From a virus, in the IMG/VR virus record IMGVR_UViG_3300008267_000364, positions 5,179-69,178 of that record: a DNA stretch of 64,000 bases; one strand, written 5' to 3'. Shown piece by piece: positions 47,946 to 60,600 of this stretch. Positions within the stretch are counted from its first letter, which is position 1. Each line of letters opens with the position of its first letter. Both the position numbers and the translations under genes were made by a program. The notes below the pieces were generated by a model that made no database searches, had not been told where the DNA came from, and saw nothing but the letters and a program-made list of their open reading frames with translations.

Positions 47946-49883
47946 TTATTTGAAATAAAAATTACCAGAGATCATTAAGTTTTCAAATTGTGCTCTTAAA
48001 TTTGCAACAGGTATAACATCTTGTATTTCCTTAGATAATTTCAATCTACCTTTATTAGGACCTTTTTGCATATACAAACCTTCATCATTATCTATTAAAT
48101 AATTTATTGGAGTTTTAACTAATTGAGATAACACATCACCAAAATCACTTGCAGCTCTTAATCCTGATACTGGATTTTTAAGATTAGCATAAATTGATTT
48201 AGGATTAACCATAGCATCTAATTCTCCTCCAACCCTATCAGATTGTTTTCTTAAAAAGTTAACTAACATTTTAAGTTCATCATCGTCATCATCTAATCCT
48301 TTAGCTACTCCTTCAAGCAATAATGCTAATGCTGCAGTAGTAGTCCAATAAATAAATTCTACTTGTAACTTTTTAAGATTAGATTTTTCATAATCTTGTA
48401 AAGAATTATAAGCAGCTTTTATAGAATTGTAATCAAACATTGCTCCAGCTTTTAATACTGATATAAATCTACCAAAAGTCTTATATCTTCCTTCTGCATA
48501 ATCTCCTAAAGTTTCATCAAAATAAGTATTACCAAATCTAGATTTACCAAAGTTATACATCCATTTCTTAAATTGCATTACACTTTGAGTTAAAGCATGT
48601 TCTTGCATAGCAACTTTATCATTTTCACTGTAGTTACCATGAATCAACTTATTCATATTTTTAATATCTACTGAAAGTGATCTACGTTGTTCAGGAGAAT
48701 ATTCAAATCCATCTTTAAGTTTTAATTGACCATCTACAAACTCATGAGCTTCCCATACAGATAGCTTTTCACCTGTCTTAGAATTAGTAATCATTGTACT
48801 TCTAAGTTTAGCAATAGCAGTATTAGATTGAGCATAGAATTCACCTCCTGTAATACCACCAAACATAAGTTTACTTATTGCAGAACTTTCATCTATAATT
48901 TGATTATTGTCTATCCAGTTAAATTTCTTTAACATAGCTTCAAACTTATTATCAGGTGTTTTTAAATATTCATCTTTACCTAAGTTTTTAGCAAAATTAA
49001 AACTACTAATATAAGATGAAGTATCTTTAATAGCTTGATTTAAATGAGTATTATTAAATCCAAATTGTCTACCAAATCCTTCAATCCTGTTATTAATACT
49101 AGCCATTACAGTATTATTAATTGCTGAAAATGGATTTAAACCTAATGACTTATAAGCTACAAAACTATTAAAGTTCTGAATCATTTTAGCAGTCTTAGTC
49201 TGATTAGCAGTAGAACTAGAATAGAATATCATTTTCATATAAGCTCTCATTCTTTGTTCAACTAAAGAAGTATCTTTAAGATAATCTTTTTGTCCAGCAG
49301 CGTTAAGTTTAAAAAACTTTTTATTCTGAATAACTCTTTGAGCTATTAATAAAGTAGATTCAGCACCTTTCATTAAATCATAATTTTCAGCCATTTGAGC
49401 AGCTTTAGTTAATGATTTTAACATATCTGTTTCTAACTCTTCAGGAGTAAGCTTGTTTTCTTCTATTAAAATAGAGTTTTTAACAATCTTAATTTTATCT
49501 ACTATTTTTAAATCAGAAGGATTCTTAGTTAATTCAGCTCTTAATTCTTCTAACTTTTTATTTAAACCTTTAAGTTTCTCATTACTTTTTAAATCTCCAG
49601 TATAAAAGATAGGAACATCTTCAATGTAGTTACCATCTTCATCTAACTCTCTTGAAGTAAAAATTACATCAGGATTAACCCATTGTCTAATAGATTTCTT
49701 TAAAGTATTTAATACACCAATAGATTTAATATCTTTAGAAATAGTACTTCTAATTCTAAACATTTTACCTTGCATTTTTTGTTTAATAGCCAAAGGTAAT
49801 TTATCTAATAATGTATTAGATGTATTTTTATAAAACTCAAAAAACTCTTTTCTAGCAATACCTTGAGGAGTTTTATCATTCAT
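47946..49883 (-). CDS. C-terminal part of a large virion (ejection/RNAP-associated) protein
   Basis: 645 aa; frame stays open upstream to about 50027, so probably continuous with 49961-51118. Confidence 0.6.
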   Translation of the reverse strand: MNDKTPQGIARKEFFEFYKNTSNTLLDKLPLAIKQKMQGKMFRIRSTISKDIKSIGVLNTLKKSIRQWVNPDVIFTSRELDEDGNYIEDVPIFYTGDLKSNEKLKGLNKKLEELRAELTKNPSDLKIVDKIKIVKNSILIEENKLTPEELETDMLKSLTKAAQMAENYDLMKGAESTLLIAQRVIQNKKFFKLNAAGQKDYLKDTSLVEQRMRAYMKMIFYSSSTANQTKTAKMIQNFNSFVAYKSLGLNPFSAINNTVMASINNRIEGFGRQFGFNNTHLNQAIKDTSSYISSFNFAKNLGKDEYLKTPDNKFEAMLKKFNWIDNNQIIDESSAISKLMFGGITGGEFYAQSNTAIAKLRSTMITNSKTGEKLSVWEAHEFVDGQLKLKDGFEYSPEQRRSLSVDIKNMNKLIHGNYSENDKVAMQEHALTQSVMQFKKWMYNFGKSRFGNTYFDETLGDYAEGRYKTFGRFISVLKAGAMFDYNSIKAAYNSLQDYEKSNLKKLQVEFIYWTTTAALALLLEGVAKGLDDDDDELKMLVNFLRKQSDRVGGELDAMVNPKSIYANLKNPVSGLRAASDFGDVLSQLVKTPINYLIDNDEGLYMQKGPNKGRLKLSKEIQDVIPVANLRAQFENLMISGNFYFK

Positions 49884-49960
49884 TAATTTATAATATTCAT
49901 CATCTCCAAACTTAGTCTTTTGTCCACCTTTTTCAGTAATAATTTCAACATACTCAGATT

Positions 49961-51118
49961 TTACATAAGTACTAATCCCTTCTTTAACTTCACCAGTATA
50001 AACTGTTTGACCATTAACAAAGGTTTTTTAGTCCATTCAGAATATCCATTTTCACCAACTATAAATTGTTCAAACATACTTCTTTGTTGTTTAAACTCAT
50101 CAGTATATTTATGATTTTCACCATCAATAGGAACACCACTTTTAGTATCTTCAGCTTGAAAGAATGCAGCTACTTTCTTTTTATCTTCACCTAACTTAAT
50201 ATTATGTTGCTTTTCAGCTTCAGAAAGTGGTTCACCAGGTTTATAAATAAATTCTCTTTTATTACCATATTCATCTTTAAGAAGATTTAATATTTTTCTT
50301 CTTTCTTTATAATATAATTCAGATACTCTTTGTAATATTCTACCTGTAATCTTACCATCTTTTGCTTTTTGAAACATCCAGTCAAATCCTTCTACTCCAG
50401 CTTTCTTTAACTTTTCACCTTGAACTCTAATCTTATCTAACCAATTATTAGTATTCTCATAAACTTGTTCTCTAGTTTTTTCTACATGTCTTTGAAGTAA
50501 CTGTAATAATGGATCCATACTATTAGCCATACCTCCCATCTTAGCTTCAATAAAACCAATATCTTTAGACTCTTTTAACAATTGAATAATTTCTTCTTTA
50601 GTAACTTCTCTCTTAGTATTAGTCTTAATAAAGTTAATCATGTATTCTTCAAGAATTTGTTCAACTCTTTCAGACACATTATTATACATAAAATTAATAT
50701 CACTAGCTGTTTTTCTAATATCAGCATTATAATCTGATATTGAAGGTAAGAAAGAATTTAATTCTTTATAAGATTCTAACTGAGTTCTAATTTGTAATAA
50801 GAAATTAATATGATCTGAATTAGTCATATCAAAATTATTTTCTAAAAAATCTTCAGTTACTGCTAATTCTTTATGCATAAAATCTGCAGTTTTAAAGAAT
50901 GCTTCAACATCTTCTAAATTAGATAAATCTTCTTTTAAATCTTTAAGTTTATTAATAGTTTCTTCTTTAGGTAAATAACCTTTTCTTTCTTTAGCAGATT
51001 CAAAAATTAAAATCCTAGTTGTAATTTTCTTAGCATATTCTCTAGCATTATTTTTTAAATATTCAATTAACTCTTCTTTAGAGTATGTTTTTCCATTATG
51101 TGTATATAAACAAGCCAT
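49961..51118 (-). CDS. N-terminal part of a large virion (ejection/RNAP-associated) protein
   Basis: 385 aa; last ~20 codons look out of frame after WTKKP. Confidence 0.6.
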   Translation of the reverse strand: MACLYTHNGKTYSKEELIEYLKNNAREYAKKITTRILIFESAKERKGYLPKEETINKLKDLKEDLSNLEDVEAFFKTADFMHKELAVTEDFLENNFDMTNSDHINFLLQIRTQLESYKELNSFLPSISDYNADIRKTASDINFMYNNVSERVEQILEEYMINFIKTNTKREVTKEEIIQLLKESKDIGFIEAKMGGMANSMDPLLQLLQRHVEKTREQVYENTNNWLDKIRVQGEKLKKAGVEGFDWMFQKAKDGKITGRILQRVSELYYKERRKILNLLKDEYGNKREFIYKPGEPLSEAEKQHNIKLGEDKKKVAAFFQAEDTKSGVPIDGENHKYTDEFKQQRSMFEQFIVGENGYSEWTKKPLLMVKQFILVKLKKGLVLM

Positions 51119-51120
51119 TA

Positions 51121-51678
51121 TTATATTTTACAAGTTTGATTAATTTCTCCAGATTCTAACATTTCATTAAATTTCATTTCTGCTTGAAAGTCAGAAATAT
51201 CTTCATTATCTTTTAATTCTTCTTCATACTCCATTCTATCCTGAGCAGCTTTTCTATATGAAGTTTCCATATAACTATTAATTACTTCAGAGTTTGGTTC
51301 TATGATTAAAGAAACAATACCTGATTCATCAGTAACTCTAGCTATATCTTTTTGATTAGAGTTTACAAATTCATTATTAACTTGTTCAGCTAATCTTTTA
51401 GCAGTTTCATAAAGTTTACCTCTAGTATCTAATTTAGTACTACCAGCAACTACTTTAAACTCATAACGATTAGGTTTAACTCTTTCTATTGCAGGAGAAT
51501 TTATCATTACAATTCTAGCTATATCATCAGACATATAGTTTTTATAATTAATAAATTCTAACCCCTTATCTAGTTCAGACAAGGAGTTAGGAAATCTATC
51601 AAAATAATTATTAAATGAACTGACATCTATATACAAATCTAATTTAGATTTCCAAGTTTGTTCAGCTTCTTTTTGCAA
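51121..51678 (-). CDS. Hypothetical protein downstream of the RNAP gene, probable TTG start
   Basis: In-frame TTG 1 nt after the RNAP stop; the 38-aa extension in the ORF track overlaps the RNAP gene. Confidence 0.5.
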   Translation of the reverse strand: MQKEAEQTWKSKLDLYIDVSSFNNYFDRFPNSLSELDKGLEFINYKNYMSDDIARIVMINSPAIERVKPNRYEFKVVAGSTKLDTRGKLYETAKRLAEQVNNEFVNSNQKDIARVTDESGIVSLIIEPNSEVINSYMETSYRKAAQDRMEYEEELKDNEDISDFQAEMKFNEMLESGEINQTCKI

Positions 51679-51679
51679 T

Positions 51680-54600
51680 TTATAAATCTTTTTGCATTTG
51701 TGAAAATAAATCATTTCCTGAAGGTAATACAGGTACTTCTGGTAAATTTTCAAAAGCTTCAAATGCAGAACCATTAGCTTCAAGTGATTCAAGTGCTAAA
51801 GCCTGAGCTTCAAGTTTTTGTATTAAATCTTCAGAAGGTTCTACAAATTGTTCAGTAGATGGTTGAACAGATTGTTGAACAGATTTAGTTTTTTTAACAG
51901 ACATTATATCATCAGGATCTGCTTTAGGACTAACCTCTTTTATCTTACTAAATTCTTTAACAGCTTTTTCATAAGTACCTGGGAAATAAACACTTACACC
52001 TTTGTAACCTGTAAAGTTTAATGGTTCATAAATAGCTTGTTCACCAATAGCAAAACCTAATTCAGTTTTATGATCTTGTAAAGTTCCATTACCATAAGAA
52101 GGTATTCTACTTAATACTTTTTTAAGTTCATAAACTTTAGTTTCTTTACCAACTTTAAATCTTCTAAATTGAGGAAATTTAAATTGAGCAACTGTTTTAG
52201 TTTCACCAGATTTTTTATCAATATAAGTAATGTTTTTAGCATCTTCACCAGTAACTTCTTCAGTTTTAAATATATTAGATAATACTTTAATATTAGTAGC
52301 AATATCCTCACTTTCTAATCTTTCTTGTAAAACTTTAATTTCAGAAGATAATTCTTTTTCTAACTCAGGACTTCTTTCACTTGCAATTCTAGCTTGTGCA
52401 TTACTTAATTCTTTTTGTTTAATAAATAATTCTAATCTAGTTTTAGAAGATACTTTAAAATCAATAGTACCATCTTCAGCAATATTAACTACCTTACCAT
52501 CATTTTCAACGCTATTATATTTTACAGCCGCAAAACTAGTATTTTTATCAGTAACATAAAGTTTTCTAAAGTTATAAGCTAACTGTTCAAACTTATCCAT
52601 GTTCATGCTTTCTTTATTAACTAAACCTTCAGTAATATCATCTAATAATTTAGAATAGTTACCAAACATTTCTACAGGTAAGAATTTAGAAATACTGTTA
52701 TTTTTAAACAACATATTATCTTTAACCATTAAGTAACTTAACATATTACTAACAAAAGCTCTAGGTGTTAATCCAGTAGTTTCATCAATAACATCATTGT
52801 TATAATATAATGATTTAACAGCATCTATTAATTGAGAAATAGTTTCATTACTTTCCTTAACAAAAGACTTACTAACAATGTAATCAGTAGCATTCTTAGA
52901 TGTATTTTGTACTTCAGAATCTTGTTCTTCTTTAGAAGATCCATCATTAGCTATTGCGGTAGTTAAGTATCTTACAATGTAGTTATCTTTAGTAGTAGGA
53001 TTAATTTTTAATTTATCTAACTGTCTAGCTAAAGTATCTTTTTCAGGACCATTTAATTCTTGGAATACTAATCCTAAATCAATACTATTTATACGTTGTT
53101 CAATAAGTTTTCTTTTTGGAGAATTTAAAGGTTCTTTAGTTTTTAAGTTTTCTAAATTTTCTAAATAACTTCTTACTGAAATATAACCTAAAAACTCTTT
53201 ACTTAATTTAGAATAATTATCACCAATATTAGTAAATGATGTATTTAAACTATGTAATATTTTATTTAAAGATTCTTTAAATACATCAGTTTGTTCAATA
53301 AATATTTTCTTACCTACTTGATTTTCAACTACTAAGGCTCTTTTAATATTATTAAAAGTATTAGCATCATCTTTCAATAATTCTTCAATATCAATGTGAG
53401 CTTTAACTTTATCTGGAGAACTAGTTTCTTTCTTAGGAGTATTGAATAATGCATTTAATTCAAAAGTATCAATAGCTTTATGTAAACCATTATGTAAATC
53501 ATTAAATGAAATATCTAATCCTTGATTTAATTTTAAGAAACTATTTACATTAGACATTATATCATTTTGACCACTAACTTTTACAAATTGAGATAAAGCT
53601 TGTAATTGAACTTCTAATGAAGTTGAAGTATTACCTACACCTAATTCATCAGCTTTAAAGTCAATACCTTTTAATAATGCATTTATTTCATCAGTAGATA
53701 TACGTTTTAATTCAGGATTCTTTTCTAAGTCACTTACCTCACTCATAGTATCTTTAGTAATCCTTTGTTTTAAAGGTTTATCTAAATTCTTAATATAAGC
53801 AATAGCAGCAATAATTGTAGATTGTTTAGTAAAGTTATTTTCTACATCATCTTTTACAGCATATCCAGTTGTTTTTAATAACTCACCATACTTTTGAATA
53901 ATAGGTATATTAATAAACTTAACAGCATTTTCAAAACTCATACCTTGCATAATAAGTTCTGTAACACCACCTAACAATTCAAATTTAATATTTAATTTAG
54001 CAGCAATAGGATCCTTAGCATTATCCGTAAATACGTTCAATAGAATATTCAAGTTATCAGCTATCCTTTGATCTTCAGAATTTTTTGCTTTATATGTACC
54101 TCCAACTTCTTCAGCAATTTCAAATTTAAAAGCATCTTTATTAAATGTTACAACTTTTTCTCCAACTTTAGACATTAAGAATGCAAACTGTTGAATCTTA
54201 TTAGCTGCAATACCAATACCATTTTTACCTTCAGAGTTCTTAGTATTAGCATCAAACTTACCATTAACATCATGAGCAGATTTAAATTTCTTAGATGTAG
54301 TATTGTTACTAACTTCTTTGATAAATCCTTCATCAGTTAATTTATCAACTAAGTCTTTAAGAGCATCTGTAGATGTAGTATTGTTAGCAATCTCAACCAT
54401 TCCTTTGTTAGTTAACATAGGTATCATTGAATCTAATGCTTCATTATTTAATTCAGCACCAGTTTTAATTTTTGATTTAATAAATTCTTCTACATTAGAA
54501 GGTAATCCTAAAGATTTAGATACATCTTCATAGATTTCATTTCTTAATTCATTTAAGAATTTATTTTTAAAATCTTTTTCTAAATTTTTATCTTTTAAAA

Positions 54601-57600
54601 CTTGTTGATAAGCAGTACTTTTATTTAACTCATCATTGTAATTTCTAATAAAATCTTTATTATAATTTAAATTATAAAACTTATAAGCTTCAAATTTATC
54701 TTCATTTGTTTTTTCAGTACCAAATTTAATAGGAACTGTTGGAGCATCTTTTTTATACCAAAAATATGCCATTTGAATAAACTCCGAGTCAATATCAAAA
54801 TCCGCTCCTGATAAGTGTACAATTTCAGATGGGAATAATCCTATACCTTGATAGTAATCAGGTAATAAACTTACTACTTTTAATGACATAGCAGACTGTT
54901 TATCCCCTGTAGGAATACGATAACCTAACATTTTTAATACTTCAGTCATTTGAGGAGTAATAGTATCTCCTATTTTTAAACCATGTCTAGTTAAAATAGC
55001 TTGAGATAACATACATTCTGAATACTTATTACCATCTTCATCTTCTAAGTTATATCCTAACTCTCTAGTAGAGTATTCTTTACCAGAATACAATTCTGGA
55101 TTTTTAACTAATTGATGATGAGAAATAATATTACCTGTAGAATCTGTAACTACAGGTTTTAATCCAGCACTTGATGCTAATGAAACTTTATCTCCATTAA
55201 CTTTTTGACTAAATCCACCTTTACTAAAATGAGATAATACAACTTGTTCAGCTTTAACTAACATTTGAACCATGTTGTAGTTATAACCACCTTCAAAGTA
55301 TTGCATAGTTTGTTCATCAGCTCCACTAGAAGCTAATGCTCTTTTAACTATATCATCTAATCCACTTTTATCAATACTTCCTTTATAAGTACTATCACTA
55401 GTTAAATTATTACCTTTAATATCTTTAATTACAGCAATAGCCTTCTTAAATGCTTCAGATCTACTTCCAGCAATAGCATCATTATATTTCTTTCTAAGAG
55501 CACCTACAGTAGTTTTTTCACCATTAATAACTAATTCTTCATTATCATTTTGTTCACTAGCAATAAGTGTTAAAATCTGAGAACCAAATACAATTTCTTT
55601 TTTACCAGTAGGAGTTTCTACTTGTAAACGCTTATTAGCATTAGACACTGCAAATCTAGACTTAGATAAATCTAAATCACCAGATAAACTGTTTTCAGGA
55701 ATTAATGTAGCTCCTTTAGATGCAGATTCAGTAGCAACGTGATCTACTTCATTTCTATCCATATTGTTAGCTAATTCATGCCAGTATTCCATACCTTTAA
55801 TAGGTTTGTATAAGTCTGCTAATTTTCTAACAGTATCTCTATATTCTTGAGATTCAAAATCATCTGCAAAAATTAATTCTGTTAATGTATCAGTTAAACT
55901 AGTAAAGTAGTCTACATCTTTATCTTCAATATAAGATATACTACTTCTTATTAATCCTAACTCAGACATCTTTAATAACTGTCCATTTAAACCATCAAAA
56001 ACAATAGTCTTTTTAGAGTTTAATGAAGCCATTATTCCAGCTAAATGTTCTTGACTAGAATTACCAATATTTACATTTCTAATAACTCTACCTTCTTCAT
56101 CTCTTTTAGTAAACTGAATAATGTTTTTGTAAATACTTTTAGTTTTTTCATCTAATCTACCTAATCTTAAAGTACCCATCATAATATGATATTGAGAACT
56201 ATAAGACATCGCATCATTAGATGTGTATTTACTTACTTTGTATTCAGTACCATCTATTACTGTATAATCATATAATTTTTTACCTTGATCATCTTTTTTA
56301 ACTTGTACATCTTTAGGATCAACTCTTTGAATTTTATCTCCAACAGGTTTAACAGTAGTGTATAAATCAATATCTTTAATAATTGCAGAGTTATGAGCAC
56401 CTTTTCCATAATCAGGACCAGAAGCCATTGCAGATTTATTTCTTTTAGAAATATCAACTTTATCTTTTCTCTGTATAGAATAATCTCCATCTAATAACTC
56501 ATTCATAGACAAAGCCATCATGTAGTCATTAATGTAAAATTGAGCTAAGTTGTTATCAGTTTTTAAATCTTTATCTAAGAAAAATCTAAGATTGTATTTA
56601 TCTACTTCAGCTTTAAATTCTTGTAATCCTTTATCTAAATAAGTATTGATACCTATTTTTACAGATTCTTTTAAAGATGGACTTAACTCACTATATGGAA
56701 CACCACTTAATGCTGAATTAACTAAACTATCATATTGTTGTTTAGCAAACTCTTTATTAGTAGACATTGTTTCTTGTAAGTATTGAAACTCTGTAAAATC
56801 AAAAGCTCTACCTTTAACAGAATCATTATATCCTTTATACTTACGACCTTCATTATTATCAAATAATTTCTTTTCTCTAAGTATTCTATTGTACTCTTTT
56901 TCTACTTGTTTATCAAAAAATGAATCTTTTACATCTCTACCTTCTTCAGTAAAAATATCTACTTTAGGAAGTTCTACAGCATAAGCAGTATTAGAAGCTT
57001 CATTTTGTCTAAAGATATATCTACCAGTATCAGATTTACCATTATTATTAAATAAACTTAAAGCACTTAATAAGTAACTTCTTCCATCAAATCCACCAAA
57101 AGTAATACCTTGTTTAGTCTCACCTTTATCACTTACAGTAGTATCTCTAAGACCACTTAAGATATTTAACTTAAGATTTTTAAGAAGATCTCTATGATTT
57201 TTAACTAAATAGTTTTCTTTAACAAATTCTAAATTCCTTCTTTCTACATCAGTAGTAGTTACAGGATTTTTACTAAACATGTTTTTCCAGAAAGCATCAT
57301 TCTTGTAAACTGACAATCTACTAATTACATAAGAGTTATTAATAATCTCATATACTTTTTGTCCTTCAGCATTAGTAAATGAGAAGTTACCAATAGTTTC
57401 ATCAAATAAAGCATTGTTCTCTGCCATTGATTTTAAACTACTATCAGCTTCTTTACCTCTGTAAACATTATAAGGATCTTTTTCAAAGATGTCAGCTAAA
57501 CTGAATCCTTCACCAATAGCCTTATTACTAAATATTGTAAAGTCAATTGGAACATAATTATCGTAAGAAGCTAATATTCCTAATTGATCTTCAGTAAAGA

Positions 57601-60600
57601 ATTCTTTAGTTTGAGCAACTTTCTCTAATGAAGCTTTTTGTTTTAATAATGAATATCTAATGTAAGCCTTAGTTAAAGGAATACCTATTGCATCAAATTG
57701 AGATTTAATATTATTAACATTGTCATTAAGTTTATTTTTATCTAACTTTTTAACATTAATAACATTTCCTGATAAGTTGAAAATATTACTACAGTTTTTA
57801 GCTAAACTTTTTCCAGTAGCTTTACCATAAGTAAGTCTATTTTGTAAGTTAGTAGCCCATAAGTTTAATGATACATTACCAGGACTATTGCTATTAGCAT
57901 TAACCCAAGTTAACTTACCTGTTTTTTGATCTAATAATACATCTAATTGAGCTATTCTAGATTTCTTAAAGTTAGTTAAGAAAGCTCTAAATGTGTTATA
58001 AGCATTAGCATTAGTAGGTACAGTAATTGTTTTAGTTTCAACATCAAATGTAACTCCTAAATCTTTTAATATTTGTTCATAGAATGCTTTAATATTAGGA
58101 TTACTTTCTGCAGCATAGTGAATTTTAGAAATCATTTTATCTTCACTAGTATCAGCTAATATTCTAGTTAAACCATTATATAAAGTAACTTCATCAACAG
58201 CAACTTCTCTTTCTTCTCCTGTAAGAATATCAGTCTCAGTAACAGTAGTAAATGCTATGTAACTTTTAATAGCTTGAGATAAAGAATCATGACCTCCTGA
58301 TAACCATGCATCTTGAGAACCTAATTTTTCTTTAACTTCTAAAGCTTCCATTCCACCAGCTTCATTCTCTTCTATCTCATCAACTTTATTTTTAAAACTA
58401 AATACATTTAATTTATCAAGAATTGATGAAACTAAAACTTCTTTAGCTTTAATATCACTAGAGTTTACACTAGTTGGATCATATAAATAAAGTTCTTCTT
58501 TAATTTTATTTTGTAAATTTGAACCAAGAACTTTATCAGTTTCATATTGAGCACTAGCATAAGCTTTACCTTTAGTATTTAAATCTTCTACTCGTTTATT
58601 AATAAAATATTCTATTAATTCTTCAGTAGGTTTAACTTCTTTAGTAACTTTACCATCTACTTCAACACTATTATATAACTCTGGATTATCAGAATACTTA
58701 CCTTTTTTAGCATTGTAAACTTGAATAGCAAAAGAGTTTATTATTTTTCTAGATTCTGAAGCAGTAAAGAAACCATTAGCTATAGCATTTTTCTTATTAG
58801 GTAATAATTTAAATACTGTATCATAATTGTTAGAATAAACATTGTTTACTGGATTAGAGTTAACAAAACTACCTTTTAAGATATTACTAAATAATATACT
58901 TATAGGTTCATTTCTGTCAGTATTAAATATTTCTTTAAAGAAATTAACAACTTTAAAGAATAATCTTTTTAATATATTACTTGAAGTTTTAGTATTTTTA
59001 TCTTTAGCATAATCAGAAAACTTATCAGCTAAGTATTCTTCTAATACAATAGAAACTAATTCTTCATTAGTTTTAGAAGCATAACCAGAAACAGTATCTT
59101 TAAGTTTCTCAATTTCTTCTTTAATATTCTTACCAGATTTTACAAATTCTTCAGCAGCTTTAGTTAAATAAAAATCAATCTGTTCATTATTTAACATTGT
59201 TCTAAATACAGCATGGAATGCTTCATGGTATGCTGTACCAGGTTTACCTTTAAAAGTATTTAAGTAAATTACTTTATTCTTAAATGCTCCATAAGGAATA
59301 CCTTTTATTTTTAAGTTAGAAGCAATAATTTTAATATCTTCAATAGATATAAATCTAGGAAGTATTTTTCTAATAGATTCAATTTCTTCTTTAGTAATAC
59401 CTGTAGATTCTTCTAAACTAGAAGAGAATACAATATCTTCATCATTAGAAGTTAAAGTATCTATTTCATTATTAAGATAATCTTTTATTTTATCTAATTT
59501 ATCAAATTCATTAGTAATGTCTTTAACTAATTCTGCATATTTAGTTAATACTAAATCAGGATTACTTGTAGCATCTTTTAAATCTTTATTTAATTCAGAT
59601 AATATTTTTTCATTATTAGTTACCTCAGCAGATGGAGTTTCTTCAACAGGTTTAGATTCTAAAGCAGCTAGTTCATCATCATATTTTTGTAAAATATTTT
59701 TTTCACTTTTTGACATTCTTGATTCTCGTTCATCCCAAAAAGTTTTTAAAACATGAACTACTTTAGAACCTTGATTTTTTGTAGTTCTACTTATATTTTG
59801 AATTATTTGATATGCTGTATATTTATCTATATTTTTTTTAGCAAATAGTTTTATTAATAATTGTAAAGAATTTACATTAACATCTTGTTCATCAATCCAT
59901 TTTTCTAATTCAACTTGAGTATCTGTAGTAGTTTGAGTATCAGTAGGTGCAACTTCTACAATTAGGTTATTACTTTCAATTCTGCTAACAATATTCTTTT
60001 CAGGATATTTCTTTTTAAGTTCTTCAATATCAGAATTTATTTTTTGTCTTTGTTCAGGTGTAGCTCTTGATATATTAAATGTAACATGTTTACCAGATTT
60101 ATTTATATCTGCTTCCATGATTGCTAAACCTTGATTCCCAATATTACTTAAATTACTAAATCCTAAATCTGTTGCTTTAGCATCTGTAGAGACAGGAGTT
60201 GATGGAGCAGGTTTAGTTTCTGCAACAACACTTTCAGGTTCAACTCCTTCAGCAATACCTATTTGAATACCGTGTTTTAAAAATCCTTCTTTAGAAATAG
60301 AAGTTCCAATATTAGATAAATTTACTTTGTTATCTTCATCAATAAATTTATTATACTTTATATCTCTTTCAGTAAAAGCACCAGTATCCCCATTAATGTT
60401 ACTAGCATTTAATACTTTAACAAGGTTTTCTACAGTAAAATCTTTTACATTAATTTCAGCACCTAATTTTTTTGTAGGATCTGCTTTTGAAACAATAGCT
60501 ACAGATTTAAACTTAGTTCCTTTACCTTGTTTAACTTGTAACTTCAAATACAATTGTTTCTTAGCAGAATTATAATTTAAAGTTAAAGCTCTTTGTTCTC

